DNA of 58,665 bases, filler included, from Dugesia japonica (taxonomy: Eukaryota), in the NCBI GenBank assembly GCA_001938525.1. It is 5 parts of 5 records of this genome, joined end to end, with 100 filler letters (N's around TTAATTAATTAA, not from the genome) between each part and the next. Parts side by side here need not be neighbours in the genome. Positions count along the whole stretch, not along the records: positions 36,624 to 46,841 come from MQRL01639854.1; positions 46,942 to 58,665 come from MQRL01586495.1; 3 more parts are not named here. The stretch is one strand, 5' to 3'. The notes below the pieces were generated by a model. It made no database searches, was not told where the DNA came from, and worked only from the letters and a program-made list of their open reading frames with translations. This document shows positions 36,624 through 49,139 of the stretch, in pieces. Within the stretch, counting starts at the first letter, position 1. The number at the start of each line of letters is the position of its first letter. The translations under genes and the position numbers were made by a program.

Positions 36624-39310
36624 TTATTTCTTAAATTTACAAAATATTGTTGAGGAGTTTATTCGTAATTGTGTGCAAAGATTTCATTTTGATTAGTCGA
36701 TATTAAAATTTTAAATAAAAGAAAAGATTGAAGTGATTAAGTGAAGTTGCTAAAGTTAGATAAATGCATAAATAAAATGAAAATTTCCAATGGAATAATT
36801 GCAAAATTGCTGATTAAATCTATTTTTTAGATTTGTTTTCAAAAAAATTTACATAAATTTCGGAAAACTGAATTCTAATTGAAAAAATAGTGCAAATTTC
36901 AACAGTGAATTTTCTTGCCAAAGAAATCTAATAATAAATTAAATATACAAAGAAAAATAAAGGAAATCGATGAAAATGGAATGAGATCTATTGTTGCAAA
37001 TATATTAATAATAATATCGAAAAGTAATTAACAAATTAATAAAGTTAACCACTAATTTTGTTAATTTATATTTTCATTAAACTAAAAACTTAAGATCAAA
37101 TTTATTTTATTTTATATTTTCATTTGCCTTTGTTTTGTTTTATTATGCTGCACTGTAAGCAGATTTTTGAAAAAGGTCTCCAAAATTATTATACAGACTA
37201 TTTTTATGATAAACTCTAAAAATACCACAAGCTGATAAAAAAAATGAAATTTAAGATAAAGCAAAAATTTATTTAAAACAAATTTTTAAATTTATAAATG
37301 AATCATAATTATTTGCTATTCTAGATAACAGACTTCTCCGATAAAAAACCAAACCCTGATCAATATTGAAATTTAAAATACTCTACGACTTTGAGAGAAT
37401 AGAAAAGAAGTATATGTGAAGTTGGTGTAAAATGAATTTCCTCAGAAATAGACACAAATATACTCTAAATTGCAGAGTTTAATTCATTAAAATTAGCCAC
37501 TAGTGTGTATTTTCTAAGAAGATTTTAGAAAACAAGTTTTATTTTTCTAAAAATATCTCATTACGTTTCCTCCGATTTTTGAACTAAATCATTTTCTTAT
37601 TTAACTGAAATTAATTTTGAATGTATTTTGAAAATTTTAAATCAAGCGAGATTTCTTCTTTACCATCATTTTTATTATATTTGAATGAATTTTTCGTTTT
37701 GTTTAATCAACTATGAGTATTATTACATAGGTTTTACAAATATTTTTTGATAAAATTATTCAGTTTAAGAAGTAAACCGATGATTTTTATTTATTTCAAA
37801 TTTTAGTGAATAAATGAGGTAAAAATTGATACCTTACATAATATAATTATTTATATAATTATTGAAAACAGAAATGTTGCCCAACATCAACTTCTGTAAA
37901 AATAACTAAAATTACCCCCAACATAAAAAGCACAAACCCTAAAAAATAATAAAATCGTAAAAATGAATTTGCGAGAATTTGCATGGATATATTTTTAAAG
38001 ATTATTCTCAAAACTAAAAACTATATAAAATTATGCAGTAAAATCATGGTGTGTTGCATAATAGTTTTTGAAATCTTTCGATAGTTATTACTTCTTAAAC
38101 AATCAAAACATTTTTTTCACAGTTTTTTGAAAAAATTAACTTTAATTTTTTTAAATGAGAATTACAAAAAGATAAAACATTATATTATGTGAGGTATAAA
38201 TTTATTTCCAAAAATTTGAAAAAAAAAAGAAAATAATAAAAAAAACAATTTTTTTGAATTTTCCAACCCTAAAAAATNNNNNNNNNNNNNNNNNNNNNNN
38301 NNNNNNNNNNNNNNNNNNNNNNNNNNNNNNNNNNNNNNNNNNNNNNNNNNTTCAAATTAATTTAATTTGACAAATTTCTACCGTGTATATTCTTGATCAG
38401 TAAAAAATTCTCTATCTAATAGTAATTGGATTATTAAATTTGGATGAAAATTATAAAAATTAACTTTTTATTTGTGTCGATTAAGGGTAATCGTGATTTT
38501 TGACTATATTTTTTCAACTTTTCTTTGTAAACATTAAGTTTGGTGATTTTAGGTAATGTTTTTCTTGATCAGTAAAGAATTCTCTATCGAATNNNNNNNN
38601 NNNNNNNNNNNNNNNNNNNNNNNNNNNNNNNNNNNNNNNNNNNNNNNNNNNNNNNNNNNNNNNNNNNNNNNNNNNNNNNNNNNNNNNNNNNNNNNNNNNN
38701 NNNNNNNNNNNNNNNNNNNNNNNNNNNNNNNNNNNNNNNNNNNNNNNNNNNNNNNNNNNNNNNNNNNNNNNNNNNNNNNNNNNNNNNNNNNNNNNNNNNN
38801 NNNNNNNNNNNNNNNNNNNNNNNNNNNNNNNNNNNNNNNNNNNNNNNNNNNNTTTTTCTATTTAACTTTTTATCTATAAGGTTTGATGATTTTAGGTTTA
38901 CATATTTGGAATCAGTAAAGGATTCTTTATCTAATAGATACCTCGCTGACCAATTTTGAGATACATTTTAAATTTTTGAAAAAAGTTACCAAATCCGAGA
39001 GGACAGCTGAATATATTCGTTAGGAAACATTTATACCGAGACGATATTTTAACTTTGTACAGTCATTTTTTCCTCCTGAGTAAAATAATACCAAATTTGA
39101 AACCATACNNNNNNNNNNNNNNNNNNNNNNNNNNNNNNNNNNNNNNNNNNNNNNNNNNNNNNNNNNNNNNNNNNNNNNNNNNNNNNNNNNNNNNNNNNNN
39201 NNNNNNNNNNNNNNNNNNNNNNNNNNNNNNNNNNNNNNNNNNNNNNNNNNNNNNNNNNNNNNNNNNNNNNNNNNNNNNNNNNNNNNNNNNNNNNNNNNNN
39301 NNNNNNNNNN

Positions 39311-40130
39311 TAATCTCCATCGAATTCTCCATCAATTGATGTAAAAATCTCGACAAAAAATTTTTTCAAAAATTTTCGAAATTTTGGAGGTTTTCCCGGA
39401 TTCCCTTAAAAATTTGAATTAAAAATTTTAATAATCGTAATGTTTAAACAAAATGACCTAATTTCACCAATTTTACCACAAAAGTTTAAAGTAATTTTAA
39501 AATACTTAAAAATTTAAACAAATTCTACTTTTTCAAAGAATTTCCGTAAAAATTCATCCCACATTAACCAATCTTGAGAAAATAATTGACCGAATCACCC
39601 AAATATTACCTAAACTGATCTCACAGAGGAAATATTTGACCCAATTCTCCTAAAACTGTCAAAAATTGACCACATTCGACTCAATCACCCCAAAAATTAC
39701 CCAAACCGAGCAATTCCGAGGAAATATTTGACCGAATTCACCTGGACCAATGAAAAATAAACTTTATTCAACCTCACCGAGAAAGTTTCAGACCAAATTC
39801 ATCAGAACCAATCAAAATCCAACCAAATTTAAGAAAAACTTCTTAAACACGAAGAATTATTCAACCAATTGACCCCATTCAACCTCACCGAGGAAATTTG
39901 GGACCACTTTCACCTAAATCACCCAAAATTATCAATGCCGAGGAAAAACTTTGACCAAAACGCTCAAAATTTACCCATACCAACCAATCCCGATGAAATA
40001 ATTGACCAAATTAACCTGAACCATCTAAAAATAGACCTTATTCGACCTCACCGAATAAACTTTGGACAAAAACCACTTATAACCAATAAAAAATTGACCT
40101 CATTCGACCTCACCGAATAAATTCCCAACT
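39311..40130 (+). repeat. Dispersed repeat with a degenerate internal tandem array
   Basis: Recurrent TTGACC...CTCACCGAGGAAA units about every 60 bp; related to 1-380. Confidence 0.75.
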
Positions 40131-40283
40131 CAATACACAGGAAAAATCCATAGCCACTTTCCCAACTAAAAAGCCTATAAAAAATTTTCCTAACTAAATA
40201 CACAGAAAAATCCATAGCCACTTTGCCGCTTATAAAGCCTAAAAAATTTCCCAACTAAATACACAGGAAAATGTATAGCCACT
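40125..40283. repeat. Three-copy tandem repeat (period about 62-64 bp)
   Basis: AACT(A/C)AATACACAG(G/A)AAAAT..ATAGCCACTT occurs three times. Confidence 0.85.
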
Positions 40284-41730
40284 TAATCCTATTAAATTTG
40301 ATTACGTAAAGAGGACGGGGGGGGGCTTGCTGAATGTGTGCTGGCTATGTCCGCTACTATCCATCTACTTCAGCTGTTACAACTATGTTTTAATTGGAAA
40401 CCTTTTGTCTTACAATATTATATCTCTCCAACACCAAAAAATTGTCATATAAAGAAAACTTTTATCAATTATCAATTGCTTATCTATTTCGAATCCAACG
40501 CCACCACCTATTAACATCTTTAAACGTTGTATCTGAGATTAAAATATGATTATAATTATTCAAAGACCTATGGCCACATGCGTCATTGATATTACGATTG
40601 ACATCTACAGCTTCATGGCTTAGTTTGAACTTGATTAGATTTGTTGCACCCGATTGCCTTTTTTCAATTTTGAATTTCTCATTAAAAATTGAGGCTTATC
40701 TATTAATATTAAAACAAATGCGATATGAAAATAGTTTTATATAAACTTTGTAAAATATTATTTGGACTAGAGTTGTTTGAGATCCAATTAAATTGAAAGC
40801 TTCGATCAAAATGTTGTTTAATTTTAATATGTATTTAGTTGTTATTAGTATTTCGAATTTTAGACTTCAGGATTTAAATGTTTATTTTATTCGAGATTTA
40901 TTTTATTTTATTAAATTTTGATTGGTTAATTTATTTAATTATTATAAATTACATTAATTTTAGGTTTATCTATTTTAATTTGTAATTCTTCATGTTTTTA
41001 CCTGTGAAGAGCGGAAATGTAGCCTGTTCCTAGTGTTATATGATGTTGTTTGAGATGTTCCTTAACTCTTGTTCGAATGGATCTAAATGCTTACCTATAT
41101 TGATGTTTCTTTATATAATTTGCATGTTATTCTATAAGTAATATGTTTTTTATTGCATATATTTCTACCATCACAAATGCATTTGGGATGCTCAAAGGTT
41201 CTTCCGTTTTGAATATTATTCTTTGATTATGTTTGAGATTAGATTTTAATAATTAATTTTGCATTATTTGGCTACATTTTATTTTATTTTTTAAAAATTT
41301 TATATATGAAGAAAAATTATATTTTGATATAATTTTAATTGAGTTGATTAAGTTAAAATTGAAGATCAAAAACGATAATATTTTCTTACCAGTGTAATAC
41401 TTGTTTAAGCTTGGCTAACTAATTTAATTTAACCACAAATAGGAAATAACAAGCTTAAAATGTTATAAGGTTTTACATTCCAATGTTTAAACAAATAGAT
41501 TTGTACCATTTCCAAAGAATTTTTTCACGTGATCAAAATGAAGTTTAAATCCAATTCAAATCATCTGGAGGTAGATTGTATATTATAAATTATATTTTAT
41601 ATTATATGATTATATATTATTACAAATAATTTAAAATTAAAAACCATTTAAATGATTTCTCTATAATATATAACTTTTCATTGATATTAAACAATTTAAA
41701 ATTCTAAACAAAATAATAACTAGCAATTAC

Positions 41731-42184
41731 CGTTAATCAGTCTAACGATTCTCCATAGTAAGAAGATTACCATCACAGAAATCTGATCTGAGTTCAACTG
41801 GACAAAAATTATATCAGCCATAAATGAAGTGACAATGATGGTTCCATCAAAAATCTTTAAATAAAAAAAATTAATAATTAATTTTTTTATTATCATGAAC
41901 AATTATTTTCACTTCTACTTTCTTTTTGAAAAACCTTTCACCAATAGACACAACTCTCATTATCAGTTCTATCATAAAAACCACCAATATTGCAATACTG
42001 ATGTAATGTAGATACAATCCAATATTGTGAAGAACAGTGGACCTATGTAAACTGTATTCTGAATTTGTTTTATGATCGGATGAATACGAATCTTTATGGT
42101 TATCATCAAGCTTGTCAGAATCTTGATGTGACCATTTCTTTGTAGTATGGAATGAAGTATTACACAACTGTAAAAGGATACTTT
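41731..42184 (-). CDS. HVCN1: Two exons (42184-41913, 41854-41731) of a voltage-gated proton channel (Hv/HVCN1 family), S1-S2 loop to S4
   Basis: LHYISIAILVVFMIELIMRV...FFKKKVE|IFDGTIIVTSFMADI...LLWRIVRLING matches Hv1 FHYMSITILVFFMMEIIFK...[22 protein letters not shown]...RLWRVARIING. The 58-nt GT-AG intron keeps the frame. The S1 and C-terminal exons were not located. Confidence 0.88.
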
Positions 42185-42299
42185 CTACAAATAATTTGTA
42201 TATTAATGTTGATTTACAATTTTTAAAATTATTAAAAGACAAATAAAATGAGAAATAAATGTATAATTATTAAATATTAAAAATTGAATTATTGATCAA

Positions 42300-42655
42300 T
42301 TATTCTTACAATTATTGCGAGAATAATTGTTCGACATAACCATTGATCGTTTTGTAGAATTCATTTAATATAAAAGCTTTGATCAAACTTTTGGTTTTTT
42401 ATTGATATTGGATAACAATTCGATATTTCAATTCCTGACGAAGACAAGGTCGAAATATCGAATTGTTATCCAATATCAATAAAAAACCAAAATTTAGATA
42501 AAAGCTTTTGTATTAAATGAATTAAAAATTGAATTATTATTGGAAGTAATTATTGATCGTTTTTGAGATTTCATTAAATTAAAAGATTCGATCAAATTAT
42601 TTTTGTTTTTGATAGTATTTCAAATTTTCCACTTTGTATTCGTCAGGAATTGATT
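42300..42655. repeat. Hairpin element with hammerhead motifs, Penelope-like terminus
   Basis: Arms TTTTGGTTTTTTATTGATATTGGATAACAATTCGATATTTC and GAAATATCGAATTGTTATCCAATATCAATAAAAAACCAAAA. A further degenerate inverted copy lies at about 42555-42652. Confidence 0.75.
42429..42465 (+). ncRNA. Minimal type I hammerhead ribozyme
   Basis: CAATTC-CUGACGA-A-GAC(AAG)GUC-GAAA-UA-UC-GAATTG: perfect 6-bp stem I, intact core, palindromic AUAU, AUC cleavage triplet. Confidence 0.8.
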
Positions 42656-44771
42656 TTTTTTTGATTTATTCAATAATCAAATTTATCATAGAAATATTTT
42701 TTTTGAATTAATTTATTTTACTGAATTTTAATTGATTAATTTTAATTATTATAAATTTCATTGATTTTATGATTATCTTCTTTAATTAGTAATTCTTTTT
42801 TTTGTTTCCTCCTGATAAATAATTGTCGCAATTTTCAGTAATTTTGAAAATTATCTTTCAAAAATGAACAAATTTTGAATTGTGTAAAATAGGGAAAATA
42901 ATGATCAGAGTTGCAATATTACTTTCAATTTAACTTAAAAATATATTTATGTCGATTGAAAAATATTTGCTTCTTTTATCTCTGAGGTTTGCCGGTCAAT
43001 TTCAAAATATCTGAAAGAATATAATTAAATTATACCTATATTATGTTGTTTCAAATAATTCAATACTAGTGTTATAGTTTTGGATTAAATAATAGTATAA
43101 TGTGAGGTTTCTGCTCTTGACCACTCGGTTACGAAACTTGAGTATACAGTTTTATACAGTTTGTTACAAAATATATATCTATGATGATACCATGATATAC
43201 AATTACATCAGGGTTATAAAATAGATACGTAATCACACGGTTGTCATGGAATAGTATGTATTGTGTAATGATTGTGTAATGGCTACGCAATAATTCAGAG
43301 ATGGTACAAAAATATGGGTTACGTAATAATTACATAACAGATACGTTATCAATCAGGGGCTTCATAATGAAGTGTAACATCAAAACTTTGTCACAGTCAT
43401 GTAATCACGTGGAAGTTTCGTAATAATAGTAATTACGTCATTATAAGGATTAACGCATAGGAAAATTATGAAACCGATTTAATAACCAACTATACAGTAT
43501 GATGATGTAATGAATATTTTTTATTACTGTAAGTTTGTACTGTAAATTTTTTTTATTGTTTTGACATTTTAAAATTAATTTTCTTCATTTAGATATTTTT
43601 ATATCAATTTTGATTATCAATTTACATCAAACCGAATTCTTTTCTAGTGGGAAATGAGTTACATCTACAAGATATTAACACCTTTTTTAACCTTTTTTTA
43701 AAAATTTTTTTATTTTATTTTTTTAAAATTTTATTTTTAATTTTTTTAAAAATGTTTTTTTTAAATTAATTTTTTTAAAAATCGATTTTCGTCGATTCAG
43801 TTCCGGTTTGAAGTCATATTTAGATTTGATCAGGTTTAAGTATTTAACAATTACTATTTTTAAATTTATTTAATTTTGCCCATTTATTATAATTCTCAAA
43901 CAAAATCATTCTCGCTTAGAAGATAATTTACAAAATCAAAACAACTGTTGAATAAAGTTCTCTAAATAAATTTTACTTGTCATTTAATTAAAAATTTACG
44001 TATTTTTTTAAATTTTTTCTATGTAGATTTTGATTGAATAAAAGTTCGAAAATTATTTCTGCAAATTTCTCCTATATTTATTTTACAAATTAATTATCTT
44101 TGAATGAACTTATCATAAGCAACAAATGAGCAGGAGTAACACCAGAAAATAAGTCTAATATCGGCTGATTACTTATTAATGACAAAAGAAAAATAAAATA
44201 AGTTTGAAGTTCAAAAACATTAAGAGTTCTCTAGTTGGCAGCTAATTGTCAGATATTACCTACTGTGATTGTAAGATATTTCTTAAAATAATCTAACATA
44301 ACAACTCGTAAAATTCCGAAAGAAATATTTTATTAGATTTAATTTTAAATTTATAATAATTAAAAATAATAATTAATTTACAATTTAAAAAGTGAGTGGG
44401 AATAATTTGAAAAATTATTAAAAGTTTTAATTATAAATAAATATTATTAATTCTTTATAAATATAAATAAATAAATAAAATTAAAGATAGAATTAATTTT
44501 AGTAAATTGAAAAGTTGAGTTTTTTAAATTTTAAGATTAATTAGAAATTAGATGGGAAACTATTTGTTATTGTTTTAAATAAAGTTCTAAATGAAAATTA
44601 TGTTTAAAATGTTTTACCAATTATAGATATATTTTCTTTAAACAAAAAGCTTTGATATTTGATTTGTTTAACCTGATAAGAAATTATTTAATTCTGTTTA
44701 TTTTAATAAGTAAAGTAATTCTAATAAATAATTACATTTATTTGAGTTTCCCGCTATACAATACTATACAT

Positions 44772-45021
44772 CAGTGATGGGCAAACTTTCAAAAGCCGCG
44801 ACACATCTAAGTAAATTTTTAATGCAACCATAAACATTTATTTAAATTATTTTTGAAACAGTTATTAATAAATATATAATAATAAAAATCTTATTATTTT
44901 TTATGTCAAATTGAAAATCAATGCGATTAATGAGCTTGGCATTGTGTAGATTTTTTAATTATTGAAAACATTTCGTGACACACTAACATACTTGCTGCGA
45001 CACACCATTTCACTACCACTG
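44772..45021. mobile_element. Degenerate hAT (Buster-like) MITE
   Basis: Ends CAGTGATGGGCAAA and TTTCACTACCACTG. Flanks CTATACAT and ACATACAT match at 6 of 8 positions. GCGACAC occurs near both ends. Confidence 0.65.
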
Positions 45022-45204
45022 ACATACATTAAAATGTTATGTCAATTTAGCAGTTATGTTTGCAGTTCGATGAGATTTGTATAATTTTGACATTATTTTT
45101 GTTATTAACTCTTTCCGGTTCATTTGAGACCTTTAAATTATTTTTTCTTATGCAATCTGTATAGAGCCAATGTTATTTAACGTTTTCATTTCAGTTAAAC
45201 CCAT

Positions 45205-45776
45205 TGAAGTTAATGAAGAAAACATGAATGCATTAATTGAAGCAAATCGCCAAATCACGAATTGAGAAATTGCTTTGGGATTAAATTTGTCTTATTCAAC
45301 CGTTTATGGTCACAAGAAATTACTAGGTTTTGTTTCAAAGCTCAATAATTGGGTACCTCACCTTTTTATGAAACGAGATCTAATCTGTCGAATTGAGATC
45401 TTTGATTTGCTTAAAAAATAGTGAGATTGTAAGAGAATTATTCATTTTGAGTTTTATCAGATATTTCTACAATTGATTCGAAAGTGTACTGCAATCAACC
45501 TAACAAATGTTACCATAAAACAGAAAAGGTGCGGTGTTCCACCAAGATAATGTCAGACATCACATAGGTTTTGCTAGTCGTCAGAAGCTGTTACAACTCG
45601 GATAGGTTGCTTTGCCACACTCATCGTATTCGTCCGATTTAGCATCCATAGTCAAATACTTGTCTTCCTGGATCAGTTTTTCGCAAGTAAAGATCAGAAC
45701 TTCTATCACCACAGAATTATGTCACTAACAGAAAGATGGCAAAAGATGTTGGACCAAATAATTAGTATGTAATTTA
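45205..45776 (+). pseudogene. Internally deleted mariner transposase relic
   Basis: LNLSYSTVYGH...LGFVSKLNNWVPHL, VFHQDNVRHH, LPHSSYSSDLAS (cf. YSPDLAP) and LTERWQKMLDQN. Confidence 0.9.
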
Positions 45777-46630
45777 ATAAAATATATGAATGGTAAACAA
45801 AACTAAACAAAACAAAAAACGTTAAGTAAATGATATTAAAATATAAAGTCTTCATCTAAAACTATTCTATTTCATGTTTAGTTAAAAATCTCTTTTGGAT
45901 CCGGAAAATGAAATAAACTTCTGATAGTAGTTTGACATCACCTATAATTAATTATCCTATCAATTCCGTGTAATAAAATAGTATTTTTATTATTCTTAAA
46001 TATTACAAACTACTTTATCTACTAACAGGAAAAATAAAAATGTTAACAGAAAATATAATCAAATCAAATAAACCATTGCAGTACAAAGTAGGAAATCAGT
46101 TGATTGCTGAATAAAAAGTATTGCTGATATTAAAAAAAAGGAAAATTTCTGAGAATTCCAAAAAATTATTTATCAAAATTATGCGAAATTTGCAAAATGC
46201 ATATATAAAGAGAAGAAATATTTTCCTAGAGATATTAAATTAACAAAAATCACATCGAAGAATTGTCTAGGGATTATAANATTCAATAACAAACAACATT
46301 CCATGATCTTGGTTTATTTATTTTACAATTTGACAAGAGATAATTGCTGGGAAATTTTGGAAATTTTCTGATTGACTTGAAAATTGTTTATTTAATATTA
46401 TTTTTAAAAAATAAAATGTTTTCAAACATCAGTTTTCATATCTTAAAATTCGAGAAACAATATATTTTCCTTAGATTTAAAAAATAATAATTATAATAAA
46501 CTAATAATAAATTATAATAATTATTCTCAGATTTTTCTTAATAATAACAATTATATTAATAATAAAAATAATAATAATAATAACAATAATAATAATAATA
46601 ACTTTTAAACGCCATTTCAATATATATTTG

Positions 46631-46673
46631 TGCATTACATGTTTCGACAGCATAACTGTCATCTTCGGATACA
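46631..46673 (-). ncRNA. Minimal hammerhead-like motif with one core substitution
   Basis: Minus strand UGUAU-CCGAAGA-U-GACAG(UUAUG)CUGUC-GAAA-CAUG-UA-AUGCA: 5-bp stem II, palindromic ACAUGU, GUA triplet. U4 of the core is replaced by C. Confidence 0.65.
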
Positions 46674-46841
46674 ATAATAATTCTTTTTATGAAAATTCTT
46701 TATTTAAACAATATTTATTTCTTTTAAAAAAAAATTATTATACATAAAAAATTCTGATTATGTAAAAAATTATGCAATCTCTCTAATCAATCAAATTAAT
46801 TAAAAACATTCAATAAAGATTTAGAAAGACCAGTTTGAACA

Positions 46842-46941
46842 NNNNNNNNNNNNNNNNNNNNNNNNNNNNNNNNNNNNNNNNNNNNTTAATTAATTAANNN
46901 NNNNNNNNNNNNNNNNNNNNNNNNNNNNNNNNNNNNNNNNN
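46842..46941. other. Artificial scaffold-joining spacer
   Basis: N44 + TTAATTAATTAA + N44. Confidence 0.97.
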
Positions 46942-48429
46942 TTCTAGTTGTAAGATTTTAATATGTTTTACAACACTTGAAACTAAATATCTTTTATAAA
47001 TCGATTTGGGTTTTAATTAATTTAGATTTTGTAACAATATCCTACTAACAATCATTGAAATTAATAAAAAGATTTGATATTCTTCATTTTAAAACTACAC
47101 CTGTGAATACTTATATTTTATTTTCAAAAACTTTTGATTTTATAAATGTGTAATTTACTGTTGACAAAATAAAGTTCTCATTTGTTGTAAATATGAAAAG
47201 GAGTATATTATTTGCTTTATTATTAATTAGCTTTATCTTTATTTATATTTATTTAATCTTAAAACTTGGTAACGTCAAAGATTTATAAATTACGAAATTA
47301 TTTATGAAAATAGTAGGTGGTAAGCTAGGAAATCAACGGATGATATGAAAATAAGACTATTATAAGAAATTAGTAAATTGAAAGTAATATGAAAACCGGG
47401 TAAAATCAGGAAGTAAAATCGATAAAATTTATTATTTTATATTTTCAGAGATCATGTCGAGATATCCACGAAAATCATCACAGAGCTTACAACCAGGAAG
47501 ATAAACTACAGGAAGATACTATAAAGGAATATAAATTAAAGGAAGATAATCAGGAAGAAAATTAAGGAAGCTAATCAGGAAGAAAATTTCAGGAAGATAT
47601 TAGGAAGAATATTCAGTCATACTTATTACGGATGCAGTTATGGGAAATAGGGATCCCCAACTGGTAAGCTACAATCAGAAGATTGATCACCTTTGTAGAA
47701 AGTAACCGCAGCAGTTGTCTAATGACTATAACTGAAGAAGTAATTGGGTATTATTGGATTTGTGATATAATTTAGAAAGCCTGCGTATGGGAGGGAAAAC
47801 CTCGGAAGATATTAACGGAAGCCTGCACAAGGAAGGAAGATACGTGAAGTCCTAAGCACATTAACCAGTATGTTAAAGGAAGGCCACGTAATTAAGCACA
47901 CTAAAAGAAGCCTGATTAGAGGAAGAATTAAAGGAAGCCGGAAGCGTTTGCCTGCACGAAAAGAGTATTCCAAACGGGGCCGCCGATCCCTCAGAAAGCT
48001 CTCGGTACTCCCCCAGGAAGAATTATTAAAAGTGTGCATTGTNNNNNNNNNNNNNNNNNNNNNNNNNNNNNNNNNNNNNNNNNNNNNNNNNNAAACGGGG
48101 CCGCCGATCCCTCAGAAAGCTCTCGGTACTCCCCCAGGAAGAATTATTAAAAGTGTGCATTGTTACACCGGCATATCAAAAGGAAGAAAAGGAAGAAAGC
48201 CAGAAGAGTTCGCCTATACTACAGAAAAATGGGTACTCCTACATTTAGGAAGAGATAACCTGGCGTTAATTAGAAAAAAAGGAAGTATTACAGGAAGATT
48301 AAAGGAAAGCTTAATTAAGGAAAACGGAAAAAGAGAAAATTTAAGGAAGATGGTTGTGGGGCTATGATGACAAGTATAGAGCAGCATGGTATTAAAGTAA
48401 GTTTAAAAAAACAGGAAGAGGAGTAATTG

Positions 48430-48923
48430 TCTCCTAAATAAAGACAATTAGAAGTAAATTTTACTAATTTTACTAATCGGAAACAGCAAATGGGAGAAAC
48501 CCCACAAGCATATATGAAGGAACTTAAGAGGCGTGGTAAATTGGCCTTAAGAGACAAGCTGGCAGATAGTCAAGTACTCGCTATCTTTTTAAACGGAATA
48601 CGAGACGAGAATGCCAAACTAATGGTAACACTGAGTAAGCCCGTGACACTACAGGATGCTCTGTCCACGTTGTGAATTGTAGTCGATAGACCGTCGGAAC
48701 GAATATTTAAAGTAGAGGGACAAACAGAAGAAACTACACCACGAATATCAGATTTCATACCTAATACACAATCAATGAGGAAAACCCTGACCCCAGGGCA
48801 AGAACGGAACAACCTAAATGATAGATCTAATTATCCCAGAGGGAATGGTGGAGGATTCAATGCACTTGGAATAATTGGCAAAATAATCGAGATATACAAT
48901 GCAATACCTGTGGAAGAAGGGGA
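48430..48923 (+). pseudogene. gag: gag (capsid C-terminal region and start of the zinc knuckle)
   Basis: RKQQMGETPQAYMKELKR...AIFLNGIRD...KPVTLQDAL, then IQCNTCGRRG at 48894-48923 running into an N gap. Confidence 0.85.
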
Positions 48924-49139
48924 NNNNNNNNNNNNNNNNNNNNNNNNNNNNNNNNNNNNNNNNNNNNNNNNNNNNNNNNNNNNNNNNNNNNNNNNNNNNN
49001 NNNNNNNNNNNNNNNNNNNNNNNNNNNNNNNNNNNNNNNNNNNNNNNNNNNNNNNNNNNNNNNNNNNNNNNCAAAAGAATGTCAAAACGGGAATCAAACA
49101 AATTATAATCGGAATCCGAATACAAATCTGGATAATCTA

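Noticed and set aside
44100-44300. Candidate S1 exon of the proton channel
   Set aside because: No frame gives a convincing S1 helix with matching splice sites.
47971-48162. Identical 70-bp direct repeat as a candidate LTR
   Set aside because: The two copies flank a 50-N gap, which is typical of unmerged contig overlap.
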